A stretch of DNA of 64,000 bases from Lysobacterales bacterium. GTDB lineage: Bacteria; Pseudomonadota; Gammaproteobacteria; Xanthomonadales; Ahniellaceae. Every line of letters starts with the position of its first letter. Position 1 is the stretch's first letter. Both the position numbers and the translations under genes were made by a program. This document shows, one piece after another, positions 23,315-31,771 of the stretch. The DNA is taken from assembly GCA_031391205.1 (NCBI GenBank), contig JANMUE010000446.1, forward strand, positions 6,030 through 70,029, in the 5' to 3' direction. Under the pieces are notes generated by a model. That model searched no databases, was not told the origin of the DNA, and saw only the letters and a list, made by a program, of their open reading frames with translations.

Positions 23315-24029
23315 GGGTCACCTCCAGAATGGCTTGGGTGGCACCTGGCGTGTATTCGATCTGGCGGAGCGTGCCATCGTGGATCATGGCGGCCACCACG
23401 GCGCGGACACTGGAGGGGTGAAATGTCAGTGTCTGGATCAGATTCGCGAGCGTCGTGCGCGCGCTGTTGGCAAGAAGTCCGAGAATCTGAGCCCTGATCA
23501 GGGAACGCGCCGCGATCCTTCGATATGCCCACACGTGATGCAATAGCTCGAAAGACGTTATGCAATCGGCCATCGACGAAATCATTTCTCGTTCGGTGAT
23601 GTAGGTCAGTCGAATGCCGTGGCGTTCGGCAGCCGCGTCCAACGCGTCTCTGTCTCGAATGGCTACGGTGCCAGTAGTGCTTCCAGAAGTCCCGGCGTTC
23701 GGGACGGCGAGATAGAAGCGTTCGTTGCCATTGCGATCCCGCGTCCAGAACGATACGTCGATCTCCTGGCGCGCTGACAATGCAATACGGCGCGGTCGCT
23801 CCACGTAGCAGAGCAGGTTGGGATCGAATTCGAACTTCAACGCGATCGCCACATGCAAGAACTCGGCTATCGTGACGACGCGATCATTGCGCGGTGAATG
23901 AAAGACGAAAATTTCTCGTCTACTGCGTTCTCCGCGCGACAGCATCCGCGGCTGATAGGGCAGATTGGACGATGTTGGATGAGCGACAACTTCTTGATCG
24001 ATTCGCGTGGCAGCACTACCAGCAGTCAT
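23304..24029 (-). CDS. tnsA: TnsA-like endonuclease-fold protein
   Basis: Track ORF 23304..24098 trimmed to MTAGSAATR (GGAG sits 8 nt upstream). The N-terminal region (TIAEFLHVAIALKFEFDPNLLCYVERP...EIDVSFW...RFYLAVPN) aligns by eye to the TnsA nuclease fold. A C-terminal winged-helix-like segment follows. Confidence 0.7.
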   Translation of the reverse strand: MTAGSAATRIDQEVVAHPTSSNLPYQPRMLSRGERSRREIFVFHSPRNDRVVTIAEFLHVAIALKFEFDPNLLCYVERPRRIALSARQEIDVSFWTRDRNGNERFYLAVPNAGTSGSTTGTVAIRDRDALDAAAERHGIRLTYITEREMISSMADCITSFELLHHVWAYRRIAARSLIRAQILGLLANSARTTLANLIQTLTFHPSSVRAVVAAMIHDGTLRQIEYTPGATQAILEVTRGA

Positions 24030-24209
24030 AATTCGCTCCAGTTGGAGTGGAAGACACCCAGTTGAAATTGGGCACACAGGCGACGAGGGCGCGAGCAAGT
24101 CGAATTCGCGTGAGTGCGAAACCGAACGGCGGTCGCTCGCGGGAGGTGAGTGAGGGCCGACGACAACTGGCCGTCTATCGCTATACGCGCAAGCGTTGGT
24201 CGCGGGGCG

Positions 24210-24491
24210 CTACGTCGCGAAACGCGGTCTCAGGCGACAGCTGAGAATCGTTTCCGAAGGTACGTCCAGCAGGACCGTGAGTACGTGCGGTCGTTCGACG
24301 CTGCCGGCACCTTTTGACCAGTGAAACGCAAGTCTCTGATCCAATAGAACGTATGACCTCGGACAGGTCCGATGGTGGCGTGAACGCTGTCTATTGGCCT
24401 GACGAGCTGCAGCTACATCGCGCGCTCGACGCGAAGACATGGTGATGTGCGCCGTCGAGATATCGAGCGGCACCTGTGAGTAACAATGCAT
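24210..24491 (-). CDS. Possible small basic protein upstream of tnsA (very uncertain)
   Basis: An internal ATG of track ORF 24210..24539 is preceded by GGAGGA 5 nt upstream (MHCYSQVPLDISTAHITMSSRRARDVAAARQANRQRSRHHR...). It has no recognisable domain and weak GC3 bias. Confidence 0.25.
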   Translation of the reverse strand: MHCYSQVPLDISTAHITMSSRRARDVAAARQANRQRSRHHRTCPRSYVLLDQRLAFHWSKGAGSVERPHVLTVLLDVPSETILSCRLRPRFAT

Positions 24492-24578
24492 GGTTCCTCC
24501 AGCGTACGTAAATTTGGGCAATACTTGACCACAGCCCAAAAAAGTGCGACGCTGAAGGTATGAGGCCTTATGGCATCG

Positions 24579-24610
24579 CGGGACCCTGGCAGGGGTCCCG
24601 TTTTCTTTTC
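24579..24610 (+). terminator. Rho-independent terminator-like hairpin with no obvious upstream plus-strand gene
   Basis: Stem CGGGACCC, loop tggcag, stem GGGTCCCG (8-bp GC stem), followed by TTTTCTTTTC. The U-tract is present only on the plus strand. Confidence 0.55.
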
Positions 24611-24860
24611 CGGGGCTGGAAAATAGTCGATCGAGACGATTAGGGTGTCTTGGGCGTTGCCCTCCTGATCAGCGTTTCGGTGCACCGGGTTAACGGGTTG
24701 GACTCGTGTGCTACGGCTGGCTGTGCCGAGCGAGGCCCCTGCGGACACTCTACTTCTGGCCCATCGCCAGACAACTGCCGTCATTCCTCGAGGCACACGT
24801 TTCGACGGGTGCCCCGTGATGGCGACGGTGGATCGTATCCGTTGATATCTATGGCGTGAT

Positions 24861-24895
24861 AGAAGTAACAAATGCTCGAATGTTACTTCTTGACA
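24861..24895. promoter_or_regulatory. Perfect 10-bp inverted repeat overlapping a TTGACA hexamer, just upstream of ORF 24903
   Basis: AGAAGTAACA-aatgctcgaa-TGTTACTTCT (24861-24890). TTGACA lies at 24890-24895. The site is AT-rich relative to its surroundings. Confidence 0.4.
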
Positions 24896-24902
24896 TCTTG
24901 AA

Positions 24903-26006
24903 ATGACTGATATTTACGAGCGATCAGCGTGGATGGAGCGTCGTCGTGGGCATCTGGCGGAAACGCCACCGAAGCGTCGCAGAGACAGAGTGGACTCGGT
25001 CAGAACGGCTTACTGGTTTGAAGTGGTCAAGTTCCGCACTGGACTCTCAAGCGCCCGTCAGTTGGAAAAGCGTTTTGAGCCGGGCGCGTTTGCAACGAGC
25101 AGCCTCGGAGTGAGCTACTACAAGAACAAATGGGGCGCGTACGCACGAGGACTGCATGTTCCTCGTTCGTCTCTTGTTGATTCCGTCGACGCTGAATTGT
25201 CCGGAACTTATGCCGAGCTGAACCACGTGTTATTCGACATACTGCGCCTAGGCGCAGACTTTGCCTCGCAGATTCCTCGGTGGATTGATCGCCTCGATCG
25301 CAGTATTCGTGACCTGGTCTACGTCAAGTCTACGAACCTTACAAAGCGCTTCGAAAGACGGCCATGCTCTCGCCGCGTGCTCAATGCGTTGGAACGCCGC
25401 CCCTGCTTAGATTCGCTCGCGATGCTTGTCATACTGTTGTATGACGCACGCCAAGCGAACGTTACCCATAGCCATAGGGAGCCTCCAAGCTGGAGGGAAA
25501 TCTGCCACAAAATTTGTACCATGATGTTGGTGATTTCTCTGGAGCCCCCAATCGCTCCCGTTGCTAGGCATCTCTACGCTTTGGTTTGCGAACGGATTTT
25601 TTCCCCGCTCGCCCATGATGACGCCGTGAGGCTGGACTGGCAGGACGTCGACTTTGAGGAGGACTGCCTCATTCTTCATATTGCAAGCAGGCAGTACGAG
25701 CGCGGTACAGGCGTTGTGCCAACGTCTCAGGCGAAACGCTTGGGTAATCTGGTTTTTCTCTTGTATGGCGGTGCAGGGTTCGACGTGTGGTTTGCGCTTC
25801 AGCCGATGTTCGTTCCGATCGAGAAGCGTAGTAGTGCGAACGATCCGGATTACGTTTTTTTAGATTGGCACCGGAAACTTCGAAGGCTCGCAAGACGAGT
25901 GTTACTCAAGGGTGGCGCCATACCAGCTTCTGCCTTTGTGTCTCTTGTGTCTGAGCAGCAGAACTGGCGTCGCTTGGTAGATGGTCCTGACTCGTCGGGT
26001 GAGTGA
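24903..26006 (+). CDS. Hypothetical protein (367 aa), no recognisable domain
   Basis: Long ORF in lower-GC DNA with no competing ORF of similar length. I could see no motifs. The start may instead be the downstream Met at 24933. Confidence 0.6.
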   Translation: MTDIYERSAWMERRRGHLAETPPKRRRDRVDSVRTAYWFEVVKFRTGLSSARQLEKRFEPGAFATSSLGVSYYKNKWGAYARGLHVPRSSLVDSVDAELSGTYAELNHVLFDILRLGADFASQIPRWIDRLDRSIRDLVYVKSTNLTKRFERRPCSRRVLNALERRPCLDSLAMLVILLYDARQANVTHSHREPPSWREICHKICTMMLVISLEPPIAPVARHLYALVCERIFSPLAHDDAVRLDWQDVDFEEDCLILHIASRQYERGTGVVPTSQAKRLGNLVFLLYGGAGFDVWFALQPMFVPIEKRSSANDPDYVFLDWHRKLRRLARRVLLKGGAIPASAFVSLVSEQQNWRRLVDGPDSSGE

Positions 26007-26161
26007 TGCGGATAACAACCAGCGCAAGGCAAGTGTTGCTGAGCAGCCGCACTGAGTCGTAATTGTTTTAGAACTAACCAGTTCGGCAGGCGGCGTTGTC
26101 GCGTCAAAGGTGCGGTAGTCAGACCCGTTTGCGAGCGTCGTATCTTCGCTTGCGCATGTCG

Positions 26162-26935
26162 TCAGCCACGGCCGACTGTCGGTTTCAACGATTTCACCAA
26201 GGCTAGTTCGTTCGGCGGTTCGGTCCAATAGAGCGAACCCAGTTGACTCGCGAATAGCAACATCGAATCACCCATGAGGCTGTATGGTTGCAGAGATCGC
26301 GGGCGAAAGCCTTCGAAGGTGCCACCCAGCGCATAGCCCAGACGATGAGAACTCGCGAGCATGCCGGCAATCGCGTTGCGTGTTTGCTGCGGGTTGAATC
26401 GAGAGCGAAGGCATTCCATCGAGCCGTGTCGCACTGCTGACCAGATCAGATACTTCCACTGCACCAGCGATAGGTCATCCAAATAGTGTGCCGGCAGCCA
26501 ATCCAGATCCGCCGACCAAGCCGGCTCAAGGCCATGCTTGGCCAGTTGGAATTCGAAGTATCCCACGCACTCGGCCCGGATCAGAGCTCGCCATACGGCA
26601 ACCAACTCATCCTGCGACGACGGCGCGCATGAGTACTCGCGCAACAGATCCTCCAGGTGGGGTTCCAAGCCGGCGAGTTGCATCGTTGGCCAGACAAAGT
26701 CCCAAGACAGCTGCTCCATCGGTGTAAGGTAGCCACGGGGTGGTAATTCCCAGCGTGCCGCGGGCCATGGCACGTCGATGATGCCTCGTAGACGAAGCGC
26801 GTCCAGAATGTGGACCGTCATCGCTCGTGTAGGGCTTACCGATCGCCGAACTCCACGACTTCTGACAAGCGCCAGCAAGCCGCAGGCCTCATAGACGCCA
26901 AGGTCCGAGAGATGTTGGGCGTGGGCGGTAGGCAT
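26162..26935 (-). CDS. Hypothetical protein (257 aa), no recognisable domain
   Basis: Long ORF convergent with 24903..26006 and divergent from the XRE regulator gene. Confidence 0.6.
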   Translation of the reverse strand: MPTAHAQHLSDLGVYEACGLLALVRSRGVRRSVSPTRAMTVHILDALRLRGIIDVPWPAARWELPPRGYLTPMEQLSWDFVWPTMQLAGLEPHLEDLLREYSCAPSSQDELVAVWRALIRAECVGYFEFQLAKHGLEPAWSADLDWLPAHYLDDLSLVQWKYLIWSAVRHGSMECLRSRFNPQQTRNAIAGMLASSHRLGYALGGTFEGFRPRSLQPYSLMGDSMLLFASQLGSLYWTEPPNELALVKSLKPTVGRG

Positions 26936-27041
26936 CAGCGCGACACAGATTGGGGTCGGGCGTCTAGTCTAAGGACTTCTTAGTATTCAGGTGCGTTCCG
27001 ACCTAACACTCTCTTGAGCACACTCCTAACTGGGTCTGCTC

Positions 27042-27359
27042 GTGCCATCTGCCTTCCGCCCACCTCAAAATCCAGTCCCCAAGCGACTGATGGAGGCACG
27101 CACGCGAGCAGAATTGTCTCAAAAGAACCTAGGAATTCTCGCAGGCATGGATCCGTCGGTCGCCTCGCCGCGGATCAACCAGTACGAACGTGGCAAGCAC
27201 GTCCCGACCTACAGCACCCTGGCCCTGTTAGGTAGAGTGCTGGGTGTCCCGGTCGCCTATTTCTACTGCGAAGATGATGACTTGGCCGAGCTGTTGAATG
27301 CCTATACCACGGCACCAGAACGAGAGAGGAAGAAGATACTTCGCTCGCTGGGCAAATAG
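27042..27359 (+). CDS. XRE-family helix-turn-helix transcriptional regulator
   Basis: KRLMEARTRAELSQKNLGILAGMDPSVASPRINQYERGKHVPTYSTLALLGRVLGVPVAYFY is a typical Cro/C1 HTH. GTG start. Confidence 0.8.
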   Translation: MPSAFRPPQNPVPKRLMEARTRAELSQKNLGILAGMDPSVASPRINQYERGKHVPTYSTLALLGRVLGVPVAYFYCEDDDLAELLNAYTTAPERERKKILRSLGK

Positions 27360-27525
27360 GTCTCGACATTTCGAATTGCTTTTCCGCAAGTCAGCCACGG
27401 CCAGAGCCGCCCATGAGCTTCGTCGTGCACCAGCCCGCAACGCCTTTGCGCACCCCTTGTCCAGTCGATCTGGAGCGCGGACCTGGTCGAGCCGGATACC
27501 CTGATGCCGGGCCTCATCGCGCCTG

Positions 27526-27941
27526 ATGCCAATGTCGGCGCGATTCGAGCGGGTCGAGCAGTGGTTGCCCCAGCGCCTGACCCCTTGGGATGGCGACCAG
27601 GAACGCATCGAGCGGCTGCACGCGCAACTGGTCTGGTGCTCCAATGGCGCGCCAATTGAGAACAAGTTGCCGCGTCGATCGGCACTAGCCTGCGTTCGCT
27701 GCGTCGCTGGATCGGCGGTTCCGCCGGCATCGCGCCCAAGCAACTGGAGCTTTCCGGTCGCACCCTGCGCTTATGCGCAGCGCTCCGCGAACGACCAGAC
27801 CTCGCGATCACCGCGATTGCGCACCAACTCGGCTTTTCGGATCAGGCTGCATTCGCCAACGTTTTCCATGCACAAACAGCGAAGATGCCGAGCGCCTTCC
27901 GCGCCGAACCTCTGGTTTTTTACGAGCGTGGACCAGGGTGA
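27526..27941 (+). pseudogene. AraC-family regulator remnant (frameshifted and short)
   Basis: Frame A (track ORF 27526..) reads ...NGAPIEN. The next frame, after an in-frame TGA, reads EQVAASIGTSLRSLRRWIGGSAGIAPKQLELSGRTLRLCAALRERPDLAITAIAHQLGFSDQAAFANVFHAQTAKMPSAFRA, an AraC double HTH. This implies a 1-nt indel near 27655-27665. The total length is far below a normal AraC protein. Confidence 0.6.
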
Positions 27942-28024
27942 CGACAGAGGAAGCGTTGGCCGATTTTTGCAAGTCTTGGATCACCCGACGCACTACGCTT
28001 TGCGTCACACCAAGGAGCCCGACC

Positions 28025-28585
28025 ATGAAAAAACGCTTGCTGTGCGCTCTGGCCGTTCTGGCGGTCGCATTGTCGTCCCCGGTTATCGCTGCCGATTCCT
28101 CCAAGCCCGATCCGTTGGCAAAGGTGAGGTGGCTTCAGGGACACTGGGCCGGCGTGGGCGAAGGCGAGCCGGGCACGTCGGCCACCGAGCGCCATTTCCA
28201 ATGTGCGCTCAACTGCCGCTACCTCCGCGTTGACGGCCGCTCGGTCTATCCCAAGCAGGAGAAGAACGCCAAGGGCGAGATCCATCAGGCCATGGACATG
28301 TGGAGCTTCGATCGCAAGCGTGGCAAGTTGATGCTGCGTACTTTCGACAGCCTGGGCTTCACGACCACTTACGCTGAAGACACCGATGCCAGCACCGAAA
28401 CCACGCTGGTGATGACCGCGGAGCACTTGGAGAACGTGCCGGCGGGCTGGCAGGCGCGATACACGTACACGTTCGCGCCGCCCAATGAATACCGCGAGCT
28501 GTTCGAGTTGGATCCGAACGGCAAGGGATTCCAGACCTACGTTTCCAATCGCTTCTTGAGGGTCGACGAAGCAGCGTCGCATTGA
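28025..28585 (+). CDS. Secreted hypothetical protein (186 aa)
   Basis: Track ORF 27773..28585 trimmed to MKKRLLCALAVLAVALSSPVIAADSS (signal peptide), followed by a beta-rich mature part. Confidence 0.7.
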   Translation: MKKRLLCALAVLAVALSSPVIAADSSKPDPLAKVRWLQGHWAGVGEGEPGTSATERHFQCALNCRYLRVDGRSVYPKQEKNAKGEIHQAMDMWSFDRKRGKLMLRTFDSLGFTTTYAEDTDASTETTLVMTAEHLENVPAGWQARYTYTFAPPNEYRELFELDPNGKGFQTYVSNRFLRVDEAASH

Positions 28586-28660
28586 GCCTTATGTTCGGTC
28601 TTGGGGTGAATGATCGATAATCACCGGCCACACAGTCGAACGACCCTTAGGAGCCCGAAC

Positions 28661-29287
28661 ATGTCAGCCATCCCGACGAGCAACGCGCTTCCCATTGGGA
28701 AGACGTCTATCTGAGGAAGGAAGCCACCAGCGTCAGCTGGTACCGGAACCACCTGGAAACCTCGCTCGTGCTTCTCGATCAAGCAGGTCTTAAAGCCGAG
28801 AGCCGTGTCATCGATGTCGGCAGTGGTGCTTCTACCCTGGTCGACGATTTGCTGGAACGTGGCCTGAATTCCATCACGATGCTTGACCTCTCAGCCGCGT
28901 CGCCTGATGTTGCAAAGAAGCGGTTGGCAGAGCGGGCTGAACGCGTGCAGTGGATGACGGGCGACATTACCCGTATTGAATTTGCACCAGGGGCCTGCAC
29001 CCACTGATCGTGCGGTCACGCACTTCCTGACCGCGGAAGATGACGAACACGCCTACGCGCACCAGGCTGCACGTGCAATCACCTCCGGCGGCCATACAGT
29101 GATCGGCGGGTTCGCGCCTGATGGACCCGAACGCTGCTCGGGTTTGGTGGCTGCACCACGTTCGCCTGAAGACGTCGCCCGAATCCTCGGGGCACGGTTC
29201 GCATTGATTGACTCCCGACACGAACGCCACAAAACGCCCGGCGGCTCTGCGCAATCGTTCGCCTACGCGTTGCGTCGCCGAGTTTAA
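28661..29287 (+). pseudogene. Class I SAM-dependent methyltransferase, disrupted by at least two frameshifts
   Basis: AGGAG + ATG at 28661 gives MSAIPTSNA.. then a stop. The next frame reads HWEDVYLRKEATSVSWYRNHLETSLVLLDQAGL..VIDVGSGASTLVDDLL (motif I) up to 29007. A third frame (28976..29287) carries the C-terminal half (DRAVTHFLT...GGHTVIGGFAPDGPERCSGL). Confidence 0.7.
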
Positions 29288-29612
29288 CGCCCGGTCACAG
29301 AACATTCGGTGCAAGTTCAGCAACACATTCTGCTCTCGGAGTCTAAGATTCCGTCAGTCACAGTCGGCCACAATTGTCGATTGATGACTATGTATTTGCA
29401 CGGATTACCCGCAGCCACTGCGGCGCGTAATGTGACCACCATGGCGCTGCAGGATCGAGCGCGAGTCCGCAGACAACGCGACTCGGCCCACTTCCTGGCG
29501 TCTACGTAGAGGAGTGCGTGTCATGCTCAGAATCATGCAGGTCGGCGATGAACGTAACGTACTGAGCAGCCTGCGCCGTACCATCAACGCCATGCCGGCG
29601 GGAACCTTCTCG

Positions 29613-30221
29613 ATGGCGAGGTCATTCGCCAGCAAACGTCCCGGCCCAGTGAGCTGCGGCATTGATGCCGGACGCGGGTTCACGCTCATAGAGCTGATGG
29701 TCACTATCGCGATACTGGCGGTGCTGATCGCTGTTGCCGTGCCGAATTTCACCGGCATCATTGTCAACAACCGTATCGTCAGCCATGCCAACGAGCTGGT
29801 GGCATCGCTGCAGATTGCACGCAGTGAAGCCATACGCACCAACGCGCGTGCCGTCGTATGTGCCAGCGTTGACAGCACCAACTGCCTCGCCGGAAATACA
29901 TGGGCAGGCTGGATTGCCTTTGTCGATCGCAATCGAAACGGAGTGCGAGACGGTGCCGAGCGGGTACTGCGCGCAGGCACGGTAGCAACCGGAATGGTGT
30001 TCACCAGCAGCCCGGCGATCGGTGCAAGTGGCCGCGTGACATTTCGCTCCGACGGTCTGGCGTATTCCGCTACCGGGGCCTTGTTAACCGCCGCGATCGG
30101 CGTCTGCTACCCGGCCACCAATCCGGTCGATAACCGTCGCCGCGTCTCCATCGCATCGGGTAGTCGGCTGGCGATGACTCGCGACTCAGACCCGGCCTGC
30201 TCGGGTATCCCGCCCAATTGA
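29613..30221 (+). CDS. fimT: Type IV pilus minor pilin, FimT/GspH-like
   Basis: Prepilin motif G|FTLIELMVTIAILAVL followed by a GspH-type domain. The start is uncertain (ATG at 29592 or 29613 within track ORF 29514..30221). Confidence 0.8.
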   Translation: MARSFASKRPGPVSCGIDAGRGFTLIELMVTIAILAVLIAVAVPNFTGIIVNNRIVSHANELVASLQIARSEAIRTNARAVVCASVDSTNCLAGNTWAGWIAFVDRNRNGVRDGAERVLRAGTVATGMVFTSSPAIGASGRVTFRSDGLAYSATGALLTAAIGVCYPATNPVDNRRRVSIASGSRLAMTRDSDPACSGIPPN

Positions 30222-30239
30222 CACGAGAGGAACGCGCCG

Positions 30240-30704
30240 ATGTATTGCCGCCGCACCAGAACGATTGGAACGCTTCCGCCAGCACGGGGTTTCTCGTTGA
30301 TCGAGGTACTGATCGCCTTGCTGATTCTCGCAGTCGGCATGCTGGGCATGGCAGCCATGCAGATGGTCTCGATGCGCAACAACACTAGTGCCCTGGAACG
30401 CAGTCAAGCCGTCTTTCATACCTACTCGATACTCGATGCGATGCGCGCCAATCTGACATTGTCACGCGCGGGCGGTTACAACGTCGGACTGGGCGGGGCG
30501 GGCGGCGGCAGTGCCCTGGCCAGTGGCGACCTGACAAGATGGCAGCAATCTCTTGGATCGACCTTGGGCGCCGGTGCGGCTGGCGCAGTGGACTGCGCCG
30601 GTGTTGTATGCAACATCACAATTCAATGGGACGACAGCCGCGGTTCCAGCGATCCGGCGGCACATGCCAGCGCCTACCAAGTATTAACAGTGAGCCAGCT
30701 ATGA
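30240..30704 (+). CDS. pilV: Type IV pilus minor pilin PilV
   Basis: Leader ends ...ARG|FSLIEVLIALLILAVGMLGMAAMQ. Size and position match PilV. Confidence 0.85.
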   Translation: MYCRRTRTIGTLPPARGFSLIEVLIALLILAVGMLGMAAMQMVSMRNNTSALERSQAVFHTYSILDAMRANLTLSRAGGYNVGLGGAGGGSALASGDLTRWQQSLGSTLGAGAAGAVDCAGVVCNITIQWDDSRGSSDPAAHASAYQVLTVSQL

Positions 30705-31771
30705 GAGCGCCCTCCTCCCTCTACCTCGTGGTGCGCCAGGGATACCGTCGGCGCTCCGTCAATCAGGGTGTGAGCCTGATTGAATTGATGGTGTCCATGT
30801 TGCTGGGGTTGCTGGTCACCGGGGCGGCGATTGGCATCTTCGCCAGCAATCAACGGACCTATGCGGCAACGGAAAGTCTAGGCCGCATCCAGGAAAACGC
30901 GCGCGTCGCTTTCGAGCTGATGTCGCGGGAAATTCGCGAGGCCGGCGGAAATCCCTGCGGCCGCAATTTGCCGGCACCAGCCAACGTACTGAATAACGCT
31001 ACATCGTCGTGGACCACACAATGGGGCGCCGACCAGGGCGTGATTGGTTATGACGAGGGTTCGACACTGACGGCCCCCGCGCCACCAGGATCCGGCCTAG
31101 GTAGCCGCATCGCAAGTACCGATGCGATCGAACTCAAGTCGGCAGCGGGTACCGGTGTGTCCGTGGTGGCGCACAACCCCACCTCGGCGCAGTTCCACCT
31201 CAACACCGACGATCATCCGTTTGCGGCCGACGACATCATGATGGTCTGCGATTTTCGCCAGGCGTCGATCTTCCAGATGACCGGACCTAGCGCCACCAAC
31301 GCCACCGTCGTACACAACACTGGAACCGGCACCGTCGGAAATTGCAGCAAAGGCTTGGGATTACCCACAGACTGCAGTAGCACCAATGGCACACCCAAGG
31401 TGTATGGCCCAAATTCGACCCTGGCACGACTGAGCGCTTCGCGCTGGTACATCGGCGACAACGGCAGAGTGAGCGGCAATGGCAACAACGGACGCGCCTT
31501 GTTTCGCAGCACCTTGCGCCGTGGCGTCGTAGTCAATGAGGAAGTCGCCGAGGGCGTTACTGGCATGCAGATTACCTATCTGCTGCCCGGCGGCAACGAT
31601 TATGTGCCGGCGACGGCCATACCGGCAGCGCGTTGGCGCGATGTAGTCGCGGTCAGTATCGCCTTGACGATGGCAGGTCAGGCCCAAGGCGAAACGCGGC
31701 TCGCGACTGATGGTGGCGCGCTTACCCGGCAGATCAACCACGTCGTGATGCTGAGGAATCGAAGCTCATGA
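30701..31771 (+). CDS. pilW: Type IV pilus assembly protein PilW
   Basis: Trimmed to MRAPSS...NQG|VSLIELMVSMLLGLLV. ATGA overlap with pilV; ~356 aa. Confidence 0.85.
   Translation: MRAPSSLYLVVRQGYRRRSVNQGVSLIELMVSMLLGLLVTGAAIGIFASNQRTYAATESLGRIQENARVAFELMSREIREAGGNPCGRNLPAPANVLNNATSSWTTQWGADQGVIGYDEGSTLTAPAPPGSGLGSRIASTDAIELKSAAGTGVSVVAHNPTSAQFHLNTDDHPFAADDIMMVCDFRQASIFQMTGPSATNATVVHNTGTGTVGNCSKGLGLPTDCSSTNGTPKVYGPNSTLARLSASRWYIGDNGRVSGNGNNGRALFRSTLRRGVVVNEEVAEGVTGMQITYLLPGGNDYVPATAIPAARWRDVVAVSIALTMAGQAQGETRLATDGGALTRQINHVVMLRNRSS

Larger units (their letters stand above)
18876..24029 (-). mobile_element. Tn7-like transposition module (tnsA-tnsB-tnsC-tniQ); element ends not located
   Basis: Four co-oriented genes in canonical Tn7 order: tnsA/tnsB overlap by 11 nt, tnsB-tnsC are separated by an 81-nt gap, and tnsC/tniQ overlap by 4 nt. 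GC looks lower than the flanking core genes, by eye. Confidence 0.8.

Noticed and set aside
24413-24871. 152-aa minus-strand track ORF in the tnsA upstream region
   Set aside because: It reads straight through the terminator hairpin and the palindrome. It is Arg/Ser-rich with no start context, so it is likely spurious.
24030-27400. Search for an inverted copy of the AACAAACCACCCC repeat, or a TGT...ACA terminus, to define the Tn7-like right end
   Set aside because: Only weak partial matches were found (for example GGGGTGGTAATTCC inside the 257-aa ORF, and GCGAAACCGAACGGCGG in direct rather than inverted orientation). No end is called.
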